A stretch of 64,000 nt of DNA from a virus (IMGVR_UViG_3300027804_000053); one strand, 5' to 3'. Shown: positions 48,395-58,029, numbered from the stretch's first letter. The notes: generated by a model from the letters alone, not told the origin. Translations and numbers: made by a program.

Positions 48395-48796
48395 ATGAGA
48401 ATTGTAAAAAAAATTTTGAGTTATTTTAACTCTGATAAATTATTAAATTTAGAAAATTTCGGTTTATTGTTAGTATTGATAAGTTCTCTTTTTTTAATTT
48501 TCACAGGGATTTGTATAATTTTTGGTCTTTATCAAACTATAGAAATTTTCAAAGCTACTAAAATAGACCATATCAGAATATTAGTTGGTATTTTAGAAAT
48601 AGTGATATCAATTCTCATTATTCTACCTAGAACATCTCTGATTGGAATTTTTTTATTGGGTATTATAATGGGAGGTGCTATTTCATTTCATCTTTCACAT
48701 TTACAAGGTAAAGGAATGGAAGCACCAATAATCATTTTACTCACAGCGACAATTGGTTACTTAATTCGAAATCTCAAAACTTACAAATTAACATAA
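48395..48796 (+). CDS. polytopic membrane protein (DoxX-like, tentative)
   Basis: Four hydrophobic segments in 133 aa. Confidence 0.4.
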   Translation: MRIVKKILSYFNSDKLLNLENFGLLLVLISSLFLIFTGICIIFGLYQTIEIFKATKIDHIRILVGILEIVISILIILPRTSLIGIFLLGIIMGGAISFHLSHLQGKGMEAPIIILLTATIGYLIRNLKTYKLT

Positions 48797-48799
48797 AAA

Positions 48800-48828
48800 A
48801 AACCCTCAATTCGAGGGTTTTGATTTAA
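48800..48828. terminator. bidirectional intrinsic terminator (AAAACCCTC-aattc-GAGGGTTTT)
   Basis: Between convergent genes 48395..48796 (+) and 48825..49190 (-). Confidence 0.6.
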
Positions 48829-49190
48829 CAATCACTGTCACCAGGTTCACCTATCAAATCCATTCCCATGAATGGTTTGTTTACATCTATTGAAACTGGT
48901 GGTTTCTTTTCCCAAGGTTGAAATCCTTCTCCCTTTTTAGGTTTACCACAGCAATCTACATAGAAGAAATCCTCAGGTGCTGGTCTAAAAGTTGCTTTTT
49001 GACAATCTATGGGTTCGGGCTTGATTGGCATTTCGCCCTCTGATGGTACCTCGGGTGTTTCTGTAGGGGTGTTAGGAGTGGTAGGAGTGTAAGGTACAAA
49101 TCCCCAATCTTTCTTAGCGGGTTTTCTTCTAAGAAAGTAAACCAAACCGCTGATTGCTAAAATTGAAATTAAAATTATTGCTATTGTCAT
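48825..49190 (-). CDS. N-terminally membrane-anchored Pro-rich protein
   Basis: MTIAIILISILAISGLVYFL TM, then PTTPNTPTETPEVPSEGEMPIKPEP. Confidence 0.45.
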   Translation of the reverse strand: MTIAIILISILAISGLVYFLRRKPAKKDWGFVPYTPTTPNTPTETPEVPSEGEMPIKPEPIDCQKATFRPAPEDFFYVDCCGKPKKGEGFQPWEKKPPVSIDVNKPFMGMDLIGEPGDSDC

Positions 49191-49217
49191 ATTGAAATGT
49201 TTTTATAAGGATAAATA

Positions 49218-49481
49218 TCAAGCGAGAGATACAATACATTCTTCATCTAATAAAATTCTTTCAATCTCATCTTCTCTTAGTCCATACGTTGAGATTGGAT
49301 TGTCATTTTCAAGGATTGTGAGTGTCCACAAAGATTTCTGATATTGTTTCAGCCGAATTTTTTGTCCAGGTACAACTCCCATCTCCATAAGTCTCATGCG
49401 AAGACAAGATTTACAATTCATACATACTTGGCTTTGTGGTACGTCCTTTATCACAAGGGTTTTTTCTGTTTCCATAATCAT
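49218..49481 (-). CDS. FeoA-like small protein (tentative)
   Basis: RLMEMGVVPGQKIRLKQ resembles the FeoA core (RLxxLGxxPGxxI). 87 aa. Confidence 0.35.
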   Translation of the reverse strand: MIMETEKTLVIKDVPQSQVCMNCKSCLRMRLMEMGVVPGQKIRLKQYQKSLWTLTILENDNPISTYGLREDEIERILLDEECIVSLA

Positions 49482-49539
49482 AATTACAAGATTAAATAAA
49501 AAATTTTGAAATTAAAAGAATAAGATTTATTTTTGTATT

Positions 49540-49857
49540 ATGAGTGCCCTAACACAAGACCTTCAAATCAAGTCAAGAACCACAGGTTTTGCCTCACCTG
49601 CCGAGTCTTATGTGGACAAACGACTTGACCTTAATGATTTAATCATTCAGAACACATTTACGACCTTTTATTTCCGTTATATGGGTCCAAACACACTTGG
49701 AGTTAAGACAGGAAATATCCTCGTTATAGACCGTTCTATTGAGCCACAGACGGATGATTTGGTTGTGTTAACTGAGAAGTCACACTTTATCATTAGAAAG
49801 TTTGAAGGACAAACAAATGTGTGGGGAAGGGTAAATTGGATTTTAAATAAATTATAA
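49540..49857 (+). CDS. umuD: UmuD'-like protein (LexA/S24-family C-terminal domain, starts at the processed-form boundary)
   Basis: TGFASPAESYVDKRLDLNDLIIQ parallels UmuD CGFPSPAADYVEQRIDLNQLLIQ. No N-terminal arm before it. The Ser/Lys dyad positions are not obviously conserved (YMGPNTLG instead of SGDSM). Confidence 0.55.
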   Translation: MSALTQDLQIKSRTTGFASPAESYVDKRLDLNDLIIQNTFTTFYFRYMGPNTLGVKTGNILVIDRSIEPQTDDLVVLTEKSHFIIRKFEGQTNVWGRVNWILNKL

Positions 49858-49858
49858 A

Positions 49859-50464
49859 ATGAAAATACTAAACATCATTGGCCATCCCAATAAAAACAGT
49901 TTCAATCATGCAATCCATAAAACTGTTAGTGAGTTCTCATTAACAAGTTCGGACATATCAGTAATCAACATTGATTTGTATGAAGAGGATTTTGAACCAA
50001 TAATCAGAGAAAATGAAACAGAAAGAAACCAACAGTTAGTTTTGGAGTATCAAGAACTTATCAGTGAGGCTGATATTATTGTAATAACTTCACCCGTTTG
50101 GTGGTTCCGATTGACACCGATGATTGAAGGATTTTTTGATAAAGTTCTTACACCAGGCTTTGCCTACAAGTTTAGACCAATAACAAAGGAATATGGAATT
50201 CCAATTCCACTATTAAAAGATAAAAAAGTCATAACATTTTTGACGCATGGAGCACCCGCATTTCCTGTACACACAATCTATCTCAATTCAGTAAAATTAA
50301 GACTTGTTATGGGTGTCTATTCATTTTGTTTTGGTTGGTTCAGACAAAAAGTTGTTCAATTTTGGTCGGTTCCTTTTGTTGGACAAAATGATAGAATGAT
50401 ATACCTCGAAAAGGTAAAGAGTGTTATGAAACGAACTTATTCAAAATTAAAATACAAAATATGA
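49859..50464 (+). CDS. flavodoxin-like fold NAD(P)H-dependent oxidoreductase (NQO/azoreductase-like)
   Basis: MKILNIIGHPNKNSFNHAI N-terminus is typical of Flavodoxin_2-type quinone reductases. 201 aa. Confidence 0.45.
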   Translation: MKILNIIGHPNKNSFNHAIHKTVSEFSLTSSDISVINIDLYEEDFEPIIRENETERNQQLVLEYQELISEADIIVITSPVWWFRLTPMIEGFFDKVLTPGFAYKFRPITKEYGIPIPLLKDKKVITFLTHGAPAFPVHTIYLNSVKLRLVMGVYSFCFGWFRQKVVQFWSVPFVGQNDRMIYLEKVKSVMKRTYSKLKYKI

Positions 50465-50685
50465 ATTTAGTTGATTTGATTGGTTGGGTTGCAACTGCAC
50501 TTGTCATTGGTTCATTCCTTTTCAAAGACATGCTCCGATTAAGAGTTACAAACTTTTTGGCAACATCCACTTGGGCGATTTATGGTTTGATAAAAATGGA
50601 CGGACCATTAATCGTTGTAAATCTAACCGTAATGACAATCCATATTTTTTGGTTTTATAAAAACGCTAAACTATGGAGAAGCTAG
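50461..50685 (+). CDS. small two-TM membrane protein
   Basis: ORF track. Two hydrophobic helices. Confidence 0.35.
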   Translation: MNLVDLIGWVATALVIGSFLFKDMLRLRVTNFLATSTWAIYGLIKMDGPLIVVNLTVMTIHIFWFYKNAKLWRS

Positions 50686-50885
50686 ACCTTCACGGGTTTC
50701 TTCATCACGATGTAGAGTTGGAAGTTAAGAATTTTTTGTTCTTAAATGAACCAAAATTTCCTGTTAAAATCATCACTGGTAAGTCTGATAAAATGAGCCA
50801 GTTGGTTGTAGACATTTTGAGAAAAAATGGTTATAATTTTGAGGTCCCTGCACACAATTCTGGGGAAATAATTGTTTATTACTGA
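50673..50885 (+). CDS. Smr-domain protein
   Basis: LDLHGFLHHDVELEV...KIITGKSD matches the Smr LDLHG...IHGKG pattern. 70 aa. Confidence 0.5.
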   Translation: MEKLDLHGFLHHDVELEVKNFLFLNEPKFPVKIITGKSDKMSQLVVDILRKNGYNFEVPAHNSGEIIVYY

Positions 50886-52090
50886 TGGAAAATAAAAAGA
50901 TTGGTATTGTAGACTGTAACAATTTCTATGTAAGTTGCGAAAGAGTATTTAATCCCGTATCAATCGGAAAACCAACTGTCGTATTATCAAACAACGATGG
51001 ATGTGTAATTGCACGTTCGCAAGAAGCTAAAGACCTCGGAATAAAGATGGGTGAACCATTCTTCCAAAAAAAGGATTTTATGGAAGAACACAGGTTCTGT
51101 GTATATTCTTCTAATTACAATCTATACGGAGATATGTCAGACCGAGTAATGACGGTCATAAAAAAGTATGCGAATGAAGTTGAAGTGTATTCAATTGATG
51201 AATGTTTTGTCGATTTCTCGAACATCCCATCAGAAGAGTTGTTAGACCGACTACACCTAATAAGAAATGAAGTTAAAAGACTTACAGGTATTCCCGTTTC
51301 AATTGGAGTAGGACCAAATAAAACTTTAGCTAAACTAACTTCACACATTGCAAAAAAACAACCATCATATGATGGGGTTTGTTCTTATTGGAATTTACAA
51401 AATTTTAGAAATTCACTTTATAATATTTCAGTTGACGAAGTTTGGGGGATTGGTAGAAAGTGGTCAAAGAAATTAAAAATGATTGGTGTTGAAAGTATCG
51501 GTCAATTTGTTATGTTGAATGATGGACTTGTTAGAAAAATGATGAATGTGAACGGTCTAAAAACAAAAATGGAAATCCTTGGAATGTATTGTCATCCCAT
51601 TCAACCTGTCCCAAAATTAAAAAGAAATGTGGCCTCGACACGTTCGTTTGGACAGGACATTGATTCTTTTGACCAAATTGCGGAGGCTATGTATTCATAT
51701 GTTAAAAACGGAGTTAAAAAATTGGAAGATAATGGAATATCTCCAAATAGAGCAACCATTTTCATGGCAGGTAATAAACACAAGGATGAAAAACATTATT
51801 CGAGTAGACAAATATTATTTCAACAACAAACCCGAGATATAAATCAAATTTGGTCTCAAATTTATCCACACCTTAAAAAAATGTTTAAAAACGGAAAAAG
51901 GTATAAAAAATGTGGAATTATATTCAATGAATTAATGCCTGAGAATGTTGAACAGGCAACATTGTTTTCAAGTTCAATACAAATTGTTCAACCACCTGTA
52001 AATGTTGAAAAGAATTGGGAAATGAGACAGGAGTTTATTTCACAGAAGTTTACGACAGATTGGGATGAAATTCCAAAAGTATTTGTATGA
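50885..52090 (+). CDS. umuC: Y-family DNA polymerase, UmuC-like
   Basis: IGIVDCNNFYVSCERVFNP is the UmuC/DinB N-terminal signature. 401 aa. Start overlaps the Smr stop (TGATG). Confidence 0.75.
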   Translation: MENKKIGIVDCNNFYVSCERVFNPVSIGKPTVVLSNNDGCVIARSQEAKDLGIKMGEPFFQKKDFMEEHRFCVYSSNYNLYGDMSDRVMTVIKKYANEVEVYSIDECFVDFSNIPSEELLDRLHLIRNEVKRLTGIPVSIGVGPNKTLAKLTSHIAKKQPSYDGVCSYWNLQNFRNSLYNISVDEVWGIGRKWSKKLKMIGVESIGQFVMLNDGLVRKMMNVNGLKTKMEILGMYCHPIQPVPKLKRNVASTRSFGQDIDSFDQIAEAMYSYVKNGVKKLEDNGISPNRATIFMAGNKHKDEKHYSSRQILFQQQTRDINQIWSQIYPHLKKMFKNGKRYKKCGIIFNELMPENVEQATLFSSSIQIVQPPVNVEKNWEMRQEFISQKFTTDWDEIPKVFV

Positions 52091-52686
52091 AAAACAACTA
52101 TACTGTAAATATTTCAGAAAAAAACAAAGCCTTTTTGTGGATGCCACCTAAAACTGGTTCGTTACATGCTTCTTTTATTTTCAATCATTTTGATTTTGTT
52201 ACTAAAAGCACTGGTGGTAGTGATTTGAGAGAAAAATTTTTGAGTCATAATCACGCTATGGATTTATTTACAGGACACGATAACTACAAATTCATCTGTA
52301 CCATAAGAAATCCTTTCACAAAACTTGTATCAGAATTCAAGTACAGATTAACAAATAAAGATGAATTCACTGTCAAAAATTTCAGAAATTTTTTTCATGA
52401 AAAGTCAGAACGAAACTTTGATTTGGGTTTTATCATGTTCCAAGATAGAAAACCTGATTATCCGATTAGAGTTGAGCAACTGTGGACTGATTATATAAAA
52501 ATTCCTTTCGTTTACAACTCAAAAATATGTCAATCAGGTGCTTTATATGATTTATGTAAAAAAAGAATGAATGGTACTTTTTTCAGTGACGCAGAAAAAG
52601 AGTTTTATACAAAAGATATGATTGAACATATAAAATATGTGGCAAAAGATTATCTTGAAATGTTCGGGTATGATTATCCATATTGA
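52087..52686 (+). CDS. sulfotransferase-family protein (paralog B)
   Basis: WMPPKTGSLHAS (5'-PSB-like). TIRNPFTKLVS (3'-PB-like). Collinear with ORF 41154. Confidence 0.55.
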   Translation: MKNNYTVNISEKNKAFLWMPPKTGSLHASFIFNHFDFVTKSTGGSDLREKFLSHNHAMDLFTGHDNYKFICTIRNPFTKLVSEFKYRLTNKDEFTVKNFRNFFHEKSERNFDLGFIMFQDRKPDYPIRVEQLWTDYIKIPFVYNSKICQSGALYDLCKKRMNGTFFSDAEKEFYTKDMIEHIKYVAKDYLEMFGYDYPY

Positions 52687-52707
52687 TTTTTTCAGTATAT
52701 TTGTCCC

Positions 52708-53004
52708 ATGAAAGAAATAATCAGATTTTGGATGGTCAAAAAGATGATAAAAGATTCAATACTCAGCGCAGAGATTTATCAAATGCTCTACCACAAAAAG
52801 ACATTTGTATCATCAGTAACCAATCCAACACAAGTTGTTTATGGTCCAATTGAAGCACCTTTAACAAAAGTTACTCAACAACTTTCTGAAAGAAAAAAAC
52901 AACTTATGGATAGTTTAAAAGTATTGATGGATAAAAAAATTAAGACCCAACAAGATAAAGAGTCAATTGAAATTTTGAAAGCTGTTTTACAAAATGAAAA
53001 ATAA
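52708..53004 (+). CDS. hypothetical protein
   Basis: ORF track. Confidence 0.35.
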   Translation: MKEIIRFWMVKKMIKDSILSAEIYQMLYHKKTFVSSVTNPTQVVYGPIEAPLTKVTQQLSERKKQLMDSLKVLMDKKIKTQQDKESIEILKAVLQNEK

Positions 53005-53638
53005 TATGAAAGAATTTAGGAGAAAGTATGTTGGTGGACTGGATTTGATTTGGGACCTGAATAACATTGTTGGTAAAGGAGTTGGTGCGGAAGTTGGAGT
53101 TTATCGTGGCGACCTTTCCAAAGAGATTTTGAGACTTTGGGATAATGGAACAATGTTCTTAATCGACATTTGGAGAAAAATCGGAGAAGAATACACAGAT
53201 GTTTGCAATGATGATGAACAACTTGGTTATATGATGGAAGTCTGTGAAGTAATAAAGGGGAATGAAGATAGGGCAAACCTAATAAGAGCTACCTCCGAAA
53301 CCGCTTCAAGTTTGTTCCAAAATGAATCTTTAGATTTTGTTTATATTGATGCTAATCATTCCTATGAACACGTAAAAAAAGATTTAGAACTTTGGTTTCC
53401 CAAAGTTAAGAAGGGTGGAATTTTTGCGGGTCATGATTATATCAATATCGATTGGTATGGTGATAATAATTTCCTTCCCAATAAAAAAGACAAACATATG
53501 TATAATATCCACGGAGGTAAAATGTATTATAGTGGTGTGTTCGGAGTTAATCCTGCGGTTGATGAATTTTGTGAAAAGTACGGATATGAATTAGATGTAA
53601 CAACCGAAATTTGGGGAACTTGGTGGATAGTAAAATAA
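52994..53638 (+). CDS. class I SAM-dependent O-methyltransferase, TylF/MycF-like
   Basis: GVGAEVGVYRGDLS matches the TylF-family G-x-x-V-E-x-G-V-x-R-G-x-S motif. Acidic motif FVYIDANHSYEHV. Confidence 0.5.
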   Translation: MKNNMKEFRRKYVGGLDLIWDLNNIVGKGVGAEVGVYRGDLSKEILRLWDNGTMFLIDIWRKIGEEYTDVCNDDEQLGYMMEVCEVIKGNEDRANLIRATSETASSLFQNESLDFVYIDANHSYEHVKKDLELWFPKVKKGGIFAGHDYINIDWYGDNNFLPNKKDKHMYNIHGGKMYYSGVFGVNPAVDEFCEKYGYELDVTTEIWGTWWIVK

Positions 53639-53645
53639 TTTTATT

Positions 53646-53834
53646 ATGGGAGAAAGAATAGACGGGATATACATTCCTCTTAAAGTTGGTGAGACCATTT
53701 ACACAGGGAGATTCAAGAATAAAAAAACAACTGTCAAAACAATAGGTGTTGATGAACACGGTATGCCCACCGTCAATGGAAAACCTGTTATGAATTTCAG
53801 AAAAACTCCACCAAATCAGAAACGTTCCAAATGA
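53646..53834 (+). CDS. hypothetical small protein
   Basis: ORF track. Confidence 0.3.
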   Translation: MGERIDGIYIPLKVGETIYTGRFKNKKTTVKTIGVDEHGMPTVNGKPVMNFRKTPPNQKRSK

Positions 53835-54124
53835 AGTGATACGGGAACACCTGTAAATACATAAATTCTTTGCCAGATATCGTCTAAAATTTCGTCCGTT
53901 TGACTTGGTAAAATATTAGGTTCAACTTTTAATGTGAAAGTTACATTGTTATTTGAAATTGTTAATTCATAACCCTTTACCCATTTTGGAAATTTAGGTG
54001 GAAGACCTTTTAAAAATCTCTTAGCAACCTCGTATTCACTTTCAACATTCTCAATTAAGAGACTAATTTGACTTTTTTTGAGAATGTATTTCATATTGAA
54101 TAAATACTTATTGATATGAATCAA
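53816..54124 (-). CDS. hypothetical protein
   Basis: Reading frame verified codon by codon against the track translation. TTG start per the track. Confidence 0.4.
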   Translation of the reverse strand: MIHINKYLFNMKYILKKSQISLLIENVESEYEVAKRFLKGLPPKFPKWVKGYELTISNNNVTFTLKVEPNILPSQTDEILDDIWQRIYVFTGVPVSLHLERF

Positions 54125-54373
54125 AACGAAAAACTCAAACTTGTGAGAAATTTTGTTGACAAAATAAAAATGCCCGGTGTCTGTGGGTTTTTAGTTTTAC
54201 AAGGTGACGATGTTCAAGTTATCATCAAGGTGGATATGGAATGGATGAGGGAAGTTCAGGCTCGTCCAGAGTTTATTGCAAAAGGGATGAGGGCTATGTT
54301 AGAGAAAAATATTAAAGATTATTTAGGAATGGAAGTTTTTGTTGGGTCTGTGGGGTTTGATAAGTGTGATTAG
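54116..54373 (+). CDS. hypothetical protein
   Basis: ORF track. Confidence 0.4.
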   Translation: MNQNEKLKLVRNFVDKIKMPGVCGFLVLQGDDVQVIIKVDMEWMREVQARPEFIAKGMRAMLEKNIKDYLGMEVFVGSVGFDKCD

Positions 54374-55938
54374 AAACTGAAAAAATCTCCGATTGAAGGA
54401 ATTTTATCAGAGCGATAATCTACTTTCTTAATAAATTCTCCTTTACTGTTATAAAGTTTTCCTTTCTCTCTTTCTTCCCAATTAAATTGATAAAGAAATT
54501 CGTCACCCCTTTTGGAAGAAAATATAAAAGTCCAATCTCCAGTTGGGCGTTCATTTTTAAACTGTCCCTCCGCCTTTATTGAGCCATCAGGTTTGAAAAT
54601 TGTCCATTTCCCTGTTTTCCTACCTAAAGTAGTTAATTGGCCGATGGCTTTTGGGGTACCACTTGGATAGAAAATAATTATTTTACCCCTGAAATCTTGT
54701 GTTCCACCGTCAGCAATTACTTTGATAACACCACTTTGAGTTATGCCGGTGACTGGAATTCTGTCATCATCAAAGTCTTTGATAACATAATAAATACCAA
54801 AAGGAGTGTAACGATTGTGAATTTTCCAAATCCCAATTTTTTTCCCTTTTTCATCGTACTTTCCCTTTTTTTCGATTGTTCCGTCATCAAAAAAACTTTC
54901 GTATTCTCCAACCCAATTATAATCAGACCTAGTTTCCCTCAGCGTTCCCTTTTCTGAAATCTTTCCGTTTTTTGAAAATAGGATTACTGGTCCGTTTCTC
55001 TTGTTATTAACGTAAGTGAGTATTCCATCTATCTTACCATCGTGAAAAGATTTCCAAATACCTTGTTTCCCTTTTTCATTTTCAAAACCCTTTCCTTCAA
55101 CAGGTATGTCGAATTCTAAATTTGATGCGATTTTTTCATAATTGTAGTATTCGGACTTTTCCGAAAGCCACTTATAAAAAATTTGAGGTATAAAATTAAA
55201 TCTCTCCACATCGTTTTTATTCATGAATTGTTGGCTTTCTACATGAAGTTGATATGGCGACAATGGGTCGTTGAGATTGAAAAGAACAATATATTTTGAG
55301 CCTTTATCAGATTTCAAATAATCCTTAAAGTAGTTAAAATGTGCAATTGTACAAATTTCGATTGAAGCTCCCTTCTCGCGTCCCTTACATCTACCCAACA
55401 AATCACGATAAACTTTCCAATTTTCTCTTGTGGGTTCTGAAATTTCGAAAACTTGGTAACCATCAGAGCCAGCAGCTTTTAGACCATTTTCGGGTTTCCA
55501 AAAACCAAGATACTTGTTTCCTCCCGTGGAGGTGAGTTTCTCAACTTCGTTTTTTGAAAGAAATGCCGAGGATTGAGGAATATCCTCATATTTGACGTCT
55601 CCTTCTTTAATTTGAATAACAGTTTCGATGAAGTTTTGTAAATCCTCTGCTGTCTTGTAAAGATTAAGGTCCTGAAATTTGAATTTCTTTTTATTCTTTT
55701 CAAAAATATCAATATACTCTTTCCACTTATATAGGTCTTCAGATTTCAAGAGGTTCGTGCCAATTTTTTTTGTAAGCCAAGCAAGAATATAAAACTTACC
55801 GTGAGAGAGGTCTTGAATTTTTTGAAACTCCTCGTCTTTGAGGGGTTTTCCTTCTCCAACATATTTGTCTTTAAGTTGTTGTATTTGAAGAGCCAAATCT
55901 TCCAATAAAATAGTTCTTAGGTTTTGAGATATACTCAT
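54370..55938 (-). CDS. MORN-repeat protein
   Basis: C-terminal two thirds contain repeated G-x-(W/Y)-x-x-(F/Y)-x-x-G-K-x-x-x-x-G units (GKQGIWKSFHDGKIDG, GKKIGIWKIHNRYTPFG, GKWTIFKPDGSIKAEG, PTGDWTFIFSSKRGDE). ATG at 55938. Confidence 0.5.
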   Translation of the reverse strand: MSISQNLRTILLEDLALQIQQLKDKYVGEGKPLKDEEFQKIQDLSHGKFYILAWLTKKIGTNLLKSEDLYKWKEYIDIFEKNKKKFKFQDLNLYKTAEDLQNFIETVIQIKEGDVKYEDIPQSSAFLSKNEVEKLTSTGGNKYLGFWKPENGLKAAGSDGYQVFEISEPTRENWKVYRDLLGRCKGREKGASIEICTIAHFNYFKDYLKSDKGSKYIVLFNLNDPLSPYQLHVESQQFMNKNDVERFNFIPQIFYKWLSEKSEYYNYEKIASNLEFDIPVEGKGFENEKGKQGIWKSFHDGKIDGILTYVNNKRNGPVILFSKNGKISEKGTLRETRSDYNWVGEYESFFDDGTIEKKGKYDEKGKKIGIWKIHNRYTPFGIYYVIKDFDDDRIPVTGITQSGVIKVIADGGTQDFRGKIIIFYPSGTPKAIGQLTTLGRKTGKWTIFKPDGSIKAEGQFKNERPTGDWTFIFSSKRGDEFLYQFNWEEREKGKLYNSKGEFIKKVDYRSDKIPSIGDFFSF

Positions 55939-55952
55939 AAACAATAAATACC

Positions 55953-56231
55953 TCAGGAGGATTGTTTTTTAATCCTTTTTTCAGTCCACTTTATCAGTTT
56001 TTTTTCAGCTTCAGAATAAGATAATTCGAACCACATGGTAAGTTGTTCGGGGGTTAAGTCATAATAATTATAAAATACACCTGTAAAACCACTCATTTTT
56101 ATGAATAATCTCTTATTTCCTGATTTATAAAGAAACATGGTAAGACCTTTTAAATTCGGATGCCTTTTCTCAGAAATCTCGATTTTTAAGGGGAATTTCT
56201 TATCTAAAAAAAGTTCAATGTAGTCTTTCAT
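55953..56231 (-). CDS. hypothetical protein
   Basis: ORF track. ATG verified. Confidence 0.4.
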   Translation of the reverse strand: MKDYIELFLDKKFPLKIEISEKRHPNLKGLTMFLYKSGNKRLFIKMSGFTGVFYNYYDLTPEQLTMWFELSYSEAEKKLIKWTEKRIKKQSS

Positions 56232-56289
56232 AGAATTAAATATTAATTTCCAAAAATACTACAAAAAAAGATATTTATAAAAAAAATCT

Positions 56290-56664
56290 ATGTGGCAAGC
56301 AAACGTAACAATTATAAACAATACTGAGTATAACTTGAGTATTGAAGGTGTTGGACCTGGTAACACAACCATCGGTTCGAATAGCCAAACATCTTGGTCT
56401 TCTTCAGAAATTCATAATACTAAGTCATTACTTTTTTGGGATACACCAAATGTATGGTATATGCAGGGTAATCTTTCATTTGGTCCTGAAGCTGGTGTGT
56501 ATGTTGATAGAGGTTGGATGGCAGAGAATGACCAAACTATCAAAATGGTCTCGGTTGCTAACGGTAAATCTTGGACACAAACTCAAAATGGTGGTGAAAC
56601 TCTTTTAGCTTGGAATGAATTTGAAGAGGGCGGTGACATCGAGTTAACATTCGAAAAACAATAA
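56290..56664 (+). CDS. hypothetical protein
   Basis: ORF track. Confidence 0.4.
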   Translation: MWQANVTIINNTEYNLSIEGVGPGNTTIGSNSQTSWSSSEIHNTKSLLFWDTPNVWYMQGNLSFGPEAGVYVDRGWMAENDQTIKMVSVANGKSWTQTQNGGETLLAWNEFEEGGDIELTFEKQ

Positions 56665-58025
56665 TGAATTTACTCAAAACCATAAAAAATATTATTGTTG
56701 AAAAAAAGGAACCAGAGTATGCGGTAATCCAAATTTTACCAGCACTATCCTATATGAATGATAGATATCGTTTTCAATTGGTTCCTTATCTGGCAACTCA
56801 AAGAGATTTGATTTATATAAACAAGGGGTCCAGTGGTCATAAATCAATTTCAACCAAGAACATAAAAATTATTGACACGGGAAATAAAGAAAAAATGGAA
56901 ACTCTTCTGAAGAAAATGCAAGAAGAAGGAAACCGTTCAGCGAAATGGATTAAATGTAAAAATTGTAAACAAAGGTTCACACAAACTATTCATAAAGGAA
57001 AAAAGTCAAAGCCCATTTGTCCTGTTTGTGGAACCCATAACACTGAGGAACTTTTAGGAATTAATGAATCAGAAAAAGTAAAACCTCATGGTTATTGGAC
57101 AATCGAAAAAATATCAGAGGAGATAGAAAAATATAAAACTTTGAATAATTTCATTAAATCAAGTCCCTCTGCATACAAAGCCCTTATGAAATTTGGTAGA
57201 GAAGTATTTGAAGAAAAAACCAAAAACCTGTCAAGACACCTAACCTTTTATTCTAAGGAAGAACTGGCAGATATTGCAAAAAGATTTAGAACAAGAATTG
57301 ATTTTGCTCGTGGGGACAGAAAAGCATACAATCAGGCACTGCGTAAGGGTAGAGAATTTTTTGACCAAATTACTGCACATATGGAAAGAATTGGTAATTT
57401 ATACAAAAGATATGTCTACACATTTGAATTTTCTGATAATACTGCGTATGCTGGATTAGCCAAAGACCCGAAAGAAAGATATGTGGAACATATGTTCAAG
57501 GGTCCTGTTCGTGATTACATGATAAAAACAGGACTTGTTCCGAAATTTGAAATCAAGACCTCCACAATGATTGATGCCGAAGATGCCGCACTGCTCGAAA
57601 AAAAGATATGGAACGAATATCTTCAAAGAGGATGGAATGTTCTTAACAAAGTATCACCTGGTGGATTGGGTGGACGTTCAGATTACAAATGGACAGATGA
57701 TTTATTAAACGCTGAGGTGGCAAAGTATTCTACTTTGAGAGATTTCATGGTTCAATCACCAAACGCTTACAAAACGGCACATAAAAGGGGAAAAGAATAT
57801 TTTCAAAATCTCACTAAAGATTTACAAAAGGTTTATACAAGACAAACTCTCGAGCAGATAATAAAAGAACTTCAAAATTATCCCACTTTAGAAATTTTAA
57901 GAAAGAAAAATGATAGTTTGTATAATAAACTATCGAGAAGAAAATTACTTTTCGTATTTTATCCAAAAGAAAATCAAGGAAAATTAGAGACGAACGTTGA
58001 TTTGAAAAATTTCCCAAACTTATGA
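56664..58025 (+). CDS. GIY-YIG nuclease-domain protein with N-terminal zinc ribbon (homing-endonuclease-like)
   Basis: CKNCKQ...CPVCG zinc ribbon. YVYTFEFSDNTAYAGLAKDPKERYVEHM fits the GIY...YIG...R...E spacing. Confidence 0.5.
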   Translation: MNLLKTIKNIIVEKKEPEYAVIQILPALSYMNDRYRFQLVPYLATQRDLIYINKGSSGHKSISTKNIKIIDTGNKEKMETLLKKMQEEGNRSAKWIKCKNCKQRFTQTIHKGKKSKPICPVCGTHNTEELLGINESEKVKPHGYWTIEKISEEIEKYKTLNNFIKSSPSAYKALMKFGREVFEEKTKNLSRHLTFYSKEELADIAKRFRTRIDFARGDRKAYNQALRKGREFFDQITAHMERIGNLYKRYVYTFEFSDNTAYAGLAKDPKERYVEHMFKGPVRDYMIKTGLVPKFEIKTSTMIDAEDAALLEKKIWNEYLQRGWNVLNKVSPGGLGGRSDYKWTDDLLNAEVAKYSTLRDFMVQSPNAYKTAHKRGKEYFQNLTKDLQKVYTRQTLEQIIKELQNYPTLEILRKKNDSLYNKLSRRKLLFVFYPKENQGKLETNVDLKNFPNL

Positions 58026-58029
58026 TAAA

